A stretch of 64,000 bases of DNA from Octopus sinensis (taxonomy: Eukaryota). The notes under the pieces were generated by a model. That model was not told the origin of the DNA and did not search any database. It saw only the letters and a program-made list of their open reading frames with translations. A program made the position numbers and the translations under genes. Location: positions 160,704,001 through 160,768,000 of the forward strand of contig NC_042998.1 in the NCBI RefSeq assembly GCF_006345805.1. Reading direction: 5' to 3'. This document shows positions 58,021-64,000 of this stretch, in pieces (the stretch's first letter is position 1; the number at the start of each line of letters is the position of its first letter).

Positions 58021-59471
58021 TATATATGTATATATCTATGTGTGTATGTCTGAATTTGTCCCACCATCACCACTTGACAACCAGTGTTGGTTTGTTTACA
58101 TCCCCATAGCTTAGTGGTTTGGCAAAAGTGACCGATGAAATAAGTACTAGGCTTAAAAAATAAGTTATGGGGTCAACTTGTTTGATTAAAATCCTTCAAG
58201 GTGGTGCTCCAGCATGGCCACAGTGAAATGATTGAAACAAATAAAAGAATAATATTCTTACAATTAAATTAAATATTAGGAATTGTATTTAGATAATTGT
58301 GTATTGCAGAAGTATAACCATTTTATTGCAGATAAATTTTAAGAACAAAATCTTGAGAACCACCATGAAATGCTAATTTAGGCTTCATCATCATGTAGAG
58401 TGTGTAAGGCAAGTTAGTTTGATGGAGGCCAGCCCAAAGTATCCTTAGTAAGACAGACTTTAACTAAACTACAAGTGGTGATATTGGTCAGACTTGCAGA
58501 CCATCATATTTATGACCACCTAAGGAGAGAAAGTGGTGTCTGTCTTGGCAATGAATACAACATGGCATTGCACAGACCTAATTGTGAAACAAGAACTTGG
58601 GCATTTTTGCAGACATGTTGAGTAGTATCCGCTCAGCTTACCTGTAAAATAATACATCTTTATAAGCAAATAGGAACACATACACTGTATTTTAATTATA
58701 TTTGACTTATTATTTGAAATTGCTTGCAAAATACAATAATTTGCTATCTGTTAATATATGCAAAAAGAGAATTTCACAAAATTCATATACTTTCTATGTG
58801 TCACTGGACATAATTTCTTGAATAATTTGTGTGATATTTTCAATAATAATTGAAAAAAAAAAACCTTTAATTTAGATAAAAAAATAACAATGTCTACAAT
58901 AAGAAGAATAAATTCTATCCACTAACTAAACAAGGAGAGCTGTCTTGGAATCAGAATGATAAATTTCATCGGAAATATTTATAAATAATGTTCTAGCTGA
59001 AAAGTGAAAGTTTAAGAAATTCAATATGTCAATTTGAGTAAACTGTCTAAATTCACTTAGTTTACATTTTAAAGTATTTTTTTTGTTTTCTTTTTATTCA
59101 TTTTTTGTAAAGAGCAAATGTACTGTAAGGAGACACTAACACAAGTATTTTACAGAAAAAGGACTCTGCTTCTTTCTCTCCATTAATTAAAAAAAATTCT
59201 GTGCAGATTATTCCAATAACAAATGTCTGTTCATTGACAAAAATGGTTGATATCTTCTCTCTAGAAAGGAAAAAAAAGCAACTATGATTTACATCAACCC
59301 TGACCCATCTTTTAGATATTCATATTACATTCTGAGAAAGGAAGTCTGTGGCCACTGCCCCTAAACACGTCCAGTTTATTGATGGCTCTTCCTGTATTTG
59401 CATAATATAGTGAAATATTTTTTCCCCTTGTCTAAAAGTGACAACTTCTCTCTCTCACTCTGTCTCTCTTG

Positions 59472-59503
<32 letters not shown>

Positions 59504-60372
59504 TTACAATCACAGACTCCAAACCTTTTTATCTGACATATAGTGAAATCCTGCTAATAATCGATGGCTTTGTAAAAAGTGAAAGAAATGGTAATAAACA
59601 ATCAGAGACACCAAAATGACTTTTAGAGGGATGGGAAGAAACATGATTGGTACTAAAATAACTTTTTCTGTCTTGCAATTCATGAATGGCTCATGAAATA
59701 TCTTGTAAATAAAAGAGAAGTGTGCAAATGACGAAAAAAATAAAGTAACTAATAAATAAAGAAGTAAAATATTGCTATATGATTATATGTGAAGGAAAAA
59801 GTTCGAGCAAGTTCAATCTCAGCTTTATGCCTCAACTTATACAAACCAATCCCTTGACAAACACAACAGTTTATCTGATGCTTTATTGTGGGTTTCCTAT
59901 GGAGTTATTCAAAATGAAAGATATATGTAACCTGTATAGGACATCGGTATATTAATGGTAACTTTCTTGAGCCCACCACCACAAAAAAAGAAAAAAAAAC
60001 TGGTTCCTATTCTAGGCAGAAGTGTGTGGATGTGTGAGTGATTAGGGTAGCAGACAACTAACTGACTTGTTAGCATTATGTTGTATCAGTGGCAACAGCA
60101 CTTAACTTTCAAATAGCACAGTCCACCTAGTTGTAAACAGGGATCACAGGTGTCAAAAACGGAAAACTTGCTGGATCTGCCATTCAGCTAACAATTCTCA
60201 GTTCAACTGTTCTGTGTGTCTAAAGAAAGTAAAACTGTCAGACATCAACTGAATGTTTCTAGTTCTTCACTATTATTCTAACAACCACAAGCAGAGTAAT
60301 GGGATCCTCCAGTGGTGAGAGTGATGATCTCCAGTAGGCAAACTGTAGCAAGCAAGTGAAGTATCTAGCGAG

Positions 60373-60480
60373 GTATTTCAAATAGGACCAGAAAAAGATT
60401 ATCTTGATGGTCATTGTTATCTAGCTATTGACATAACAATGACCATAAAGATAATTTTTTTCTGATCTTATTTGAAATAC
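60373..60480. repeat. 48-bp hairpin with 12-nt loop
   Basis: Arms 60373-60420 and 60433-60480 have 4 mismatches, 2 of them G.U-compatible on the + strand. Confidence 0.93.
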
Positions 60481-60511
60481 ATGCACACATGTATGCATAT
60501 ATACATACTTA

Positions 60512-61784
60512 TTAGGTTGTCAAGAAAGTTCTTGCGGAATTTTTAATTTTGGTTTTAAATTATGTATTTTCAAATTAATTTTCATTAAATTACTATGACA
60601 TTTTATATATAATTTTAAAGCTCGTTTTTTGCTCTATCTAACCGTGCTACTCTTTTTCTTTTTGAATAATTAGGCCATTTTTTTTCTGGAACATTGAATA
60701 CAACATGGACAAAAAGCAAATCCGCACAATTTTCTTATTCCAGTTCAAACTAACCTGAAAAGCTGCTGAAACAGCTTGCAATATCAATGATGCATTTGGC
60801 CCAGGAACCACTAACGTACAGCACAATGGTGGTTCAAGAAATTTCATAACGGTGATGAGAGTCTTGAAGATGATAAGTGTAGTGGTCGGCCATCAGATGT
60901 TGCAAACGATCAACTAATAGCCTTAGTGGAAGCCAATCCACACACAACTGTTCGAGAGCTTGCTTTTGAATTAGAAGTAACATATACGACAATTTCCAAC
61001 CACTTGAAAGAGATTGGAAAAACAAAAATACTTGAGAAATGGGGTGCCGACAACCAAAAAAAACACTGTTTTGAAATGTCATCTTCCCTTCATTTATGCA
61101 ACAAGAACGACCCGTTTCTCGACCGGATTGTGACTTGCAAGGAAAAGTGGATTCTTTATGACAACCAGCTCAGCTCAGCTCAGTGGTTGGACGCCGCCGA
61201 AGCTCCATGGCACTTCCTGAAGCCAAAGTTGCACCAAAAGAAGGCCATGGTGACTGTTTGGTGGGCTGCGGCCGGTCTCATCCATCACAGCTCTTTGGAT
61301 CCAGGCAAAACCATTACAGTGGAGAAGTACTGTTAGCAAATGGATGAAATACATAAGAAACTCCGACAGCAACAGCCAGAATTGGTCAATAGAAAAGGAC
61401 CAATTCTACTCCATGACAACGCTTGGCCGCATGTTGCACAACTTACCCTGCAGAGGTTGAAAGAATTGGGCTATGAAACTCTGCCTCATTCGCCATACTC
61501 ACCAGACCTTTCGCCTACCAACTACCAATTTTTCAAGCATCTCGACAACCTACTGCATGAGAAATGCTTCAAAAATTAAGATGATGTCAAACATGCCTTC
61601 AACAACTTCATCGCCACTAGAACGCAGAATTTTTCACTACTGGCATAAATAAACTTGTTTCGCATTGGCAAAAGTGTTTTGATTCTGATGGTGTTTATTT
61701 CAATTAGTAAAGTTTTGTTTGAGCCGAGATATATGCATCTGAATTTAAAGGTTAAAAACTGCAAGAACTTTTTTGACAACCTAA
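60512..61784 (+). mobile_element. Full-length dead mariner (Hsmar1/cecropia-like)
   Basis: TA TSDs and TIRs TTAGGTTGTCAAGAAAGTTCTTGC / rc TTAGGTTGTCAAAAAAGTTCTTGC. Transposase from ATG 60705 (MDKKQIRTIFLFQFK) to TAG 61707 with stops/frameshifts; IVTCKEKWILYDN, HDNAWPH, PYSPDLSPTNY. Confidence 0.95.
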
Positions 61785-61857
61785 TACGTATGCACACATA
61801 TTTATAGGTATAAATATATATATATATATTGATATCTCTCTATCTCTCTGTCTCTGA

Positions 61858-61889
<32 letters not shown>

Positions 61890-61890
61890 A

Positions 61891-61923
<33 letters not shown>

Positions 61924-61954
61924 CTATCTATATATATATATATAGATAGATACT

Positions 61955-62237
61955 GATGCCAGTGCCACCTTGACTGGCTTCTGTGCCAGTAGCACGTAAA
62001 AAGCACCATCTGAATGTGGCCAAGGCCAGTACTGCCTTGACTGGCTTCCATGCCAGTGGCACATAAAAAGCACCCACTACACTCATGGAGTGGTTGGCAT
62101 TAGGAAGGGCATCCAGCTGTAGAAACACTGCCAGATCAGATTGTGGCTTGGTGCAGCCTCCTGGCTTCCCAGACTCCAGTCGAACTGTCCAACCCATGCT
62201 AGCATGGAAAACGGACGTTAAATGATGATGATGATGA
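61955..62237 (+). mobile_element. RTE-type LINE/SINE 3' end with tandem sub-repeat and (GAT)n tail
   Basis: Two copies of CCTTGACTGGCTTC..GCCAGT.GCAC.TAAAAAGCACC, then GGAAGGGCATCCAGCTGTAGAAAC..CATGCTAGCATGGAAAACGGACGTTAAATGATGATG. Confidence 0.85.
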
Positions 62238-62747
62238 TATATCTCAGTGCATATAATTTAAAATGATTCTTAAGCTGTTTACTACTCTGGCAAATGATTT
62301 GATCAATGGTCGTGTGTTATTGTTGATAAGGCAATTGCAAGTCATTGTGTTCATCCAAAAACAAGATACACATGCATTATCATTGAAGTAAATAGAGATT
62401 TAATGTCTTTATTGGATTTCAATAGACTAAACTAACCATGACCAATGAGGAAGCCTCTACATAATCACATAACTTCTTTGAAAGAATTAATTATTGTGTG
62501 AAGATGCGTAGCCTAGTGGTTGGGGTGAGTCCATGTGTTGTCACTTCCTGGATGGTCATGGCTCCATGGGCAACTTAAAGAATTAGTGAAAGCATGGTAC
62601 ATACTACCAAGCCATATTTAATTGCAAGTGATTGTTATAAGTTTATTATCATTAATTAGACATCACACTAATGAAATATTAACTTAAACTAAACTTGTAT
62701 TAATCTTAAATAATTATTAAAATCTTGCAAGATATCTGATATTGGTG

Positions 62748-63045
62748 CTGGCATAGCTGTGTTGGAAGAAGTTTGCTTCACAATGACATGGTCTCTGGTT
62801 CAATCCCACTGGGTGGCATCTTGGGCAGGTGCCTTCTACTATACCCCTGGGCCAACCAAAGCCTTGGGGGATTGACACTAAAAGAAACCTATTGTATATG
62901 TTTCTGTGTATATGTGTTACTTTCCTTGGTGTCATGTGATAGGTATCACATAGCTGGTCATGGGGAACATAGCCTTACTTGGATATAGGTGAGGGTTTGT
63001 GACTGGAAGGGCATTTGGCTGTAGAAAATCTGCCTCAGCAACTTT
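62748..63045 (+). mobile_element. SINE with family-B head and a different (RTE-like) 3' part
   Basis: Family-B head/CORE-like block to ~62890, then GGAAGGGCATTTGGCTGTAGAAAATCTGCC instead of the family-B tail. Confidence 0.7.
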
Positions 63046-64000
63046 CTTCTGACTCATGATTAATGATGATGCTAATCTGACAATGTCTGATAATTTCTAA
63101 TATGTGCTTATTGTTCAGAATGTTGAACTCTGTTAAAAAAACAAACAAACTAATACACACAATGAGTTTTTTGTTGTTAATATGAATCTGTACAGAAGAA
63201 ATAAATGTCAGCATAACCAGGCTTGCAAGAACCCCCCCCCCCAAAAAAAAAACCTTATATTAGTTTTATGTAGAAATTATAATTAGATAAGATGGAAAGC
63301 CATGACAGCCTGCAATTGGACACTAAATAAGAAATTATAGAAAAGGAAATGTAAGAGATATGAAAAACATGTCATAAAGATAAAGAGTGCAATTTCTGGG
63401 TGCATCTTATATATATATGACATTTAGTATTTAGCAATAGGAGGGGCTTTTGGTGTATTAATAAAAGCAAGATTATCATACACACAGTCCATCAATTAAA
63501 CAAAAACTGTAATCTGAGTTGTTCCATGAGAATGGTTTCTCTATTATACATGTTGCTTTCCTTCTAGTCTTGTATCAGTAGACAGTTTGAGTATAACGTA
63601 CCCTAAAATGTATGAGCAATGTTCTATTTATAGTGTGATAGAAACTTCATAGAGATTTAAAGGGTAAATGCATTTTTACATTTCTGGAAAGAGATATTAG
63701 TGGAATAATACAAATATATTTATTGGATGTATATCCTCAATATACATACATTTAACAAATTGTTTTAAATGGTGGAACTCAAAAGTAAATAAATCTATAA
63801 ATAATAGCATGAAAATGTTGAGTTGAAAAACTCATTGGGTGGAAAAAGTCAAAGGATATACGTGGGACTTGAACTCACATCATCTGTAAACATAACAGAT
63901 GTTCTATTATTGTACCAAAACACTTCTTTGAATTTTTTCATTCATTTTAGAGGCTTACCAGCAAGAAGTGTTTGTGGTTTATGTCATAAGAACATGGAAA

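Larger units (their letters stand above)
57633..58250 (+). mobile_element. SINE family B interrupted in its central microsatellite
   Basis: 5' half at 57633-57800 and 3' half at 58030-58250, separated by an unrelated ~210-bp segment. Confidence 0.85.

Noticed and set aside
58418-58619. 67-codon Met-less open frame on the plus strand (FDGGQPKV...WAFLQTC)
   Set aside because: No convincing acceptor or donor and no recognisable family; open frames of this length arise by chance.
1-64000. CRISPR array, operon or prokaryotic defence system
   Set aside because: There are no regularly spaced direct repeats with unique spacers, no long intact ORFs, and the content is eukaryotic SINE/LINE/microsatellite DNA.

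Overview
This is AT-rich, repeat-saturated eukaryotic DNA, not prokaryotic: there are no operons, CRISPR arrays, rRNA genes or intact tRNA genes. The SINE/MITE repertoire, the dense (TA)n/(CA)n/(GATA)n/(TAA)n microsatellites and the RTE tails ending in (GAT)n resemble a coleoid cephalopod (Octopus-like) genome. That assignment comes from pattern recognition, not a database search. No intact host gene was identified, and almost every listed ORF is a decayed transposase/RT fragment, the antisense of one, or a microsatellite translation. Content: three or more tRNA-headed SINE families (about 25 full or partial copies); RTE and CR1-like LINE fossils; two near full-length dead mariners (50317-51621, 60512-61784) plus a truncated one; maT/Tc1-like remnants; hAT remnants, one with intact TIRs and a perfect 8-bp TSD (19059-20365); piggyBac-like, Tigger-like and hAT-like MITEs; a Helitron Rep fossil with several non-autonomous Helitrons; and Penelope-like remnants. 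A few isolated splice-site-bounded open segments suggest the window may lie in the long introns of an unidentified gene. Best leads: (1) two, possibly three, fossil minimal type-I hammerhead ribozyme folds in Penelope-like remnants, with covarying stem I; (2) an RTE LINE with a twin-priming-type 5' inversion; (3) several long hairpins, including a 109-bp foldback and a 48-bp pre-miRNA-like stem; (4) templated inverted insertions. All alignments and counts were done by hand, and repeat boundaries are approximate unless TIR/TSD coordinates are given.
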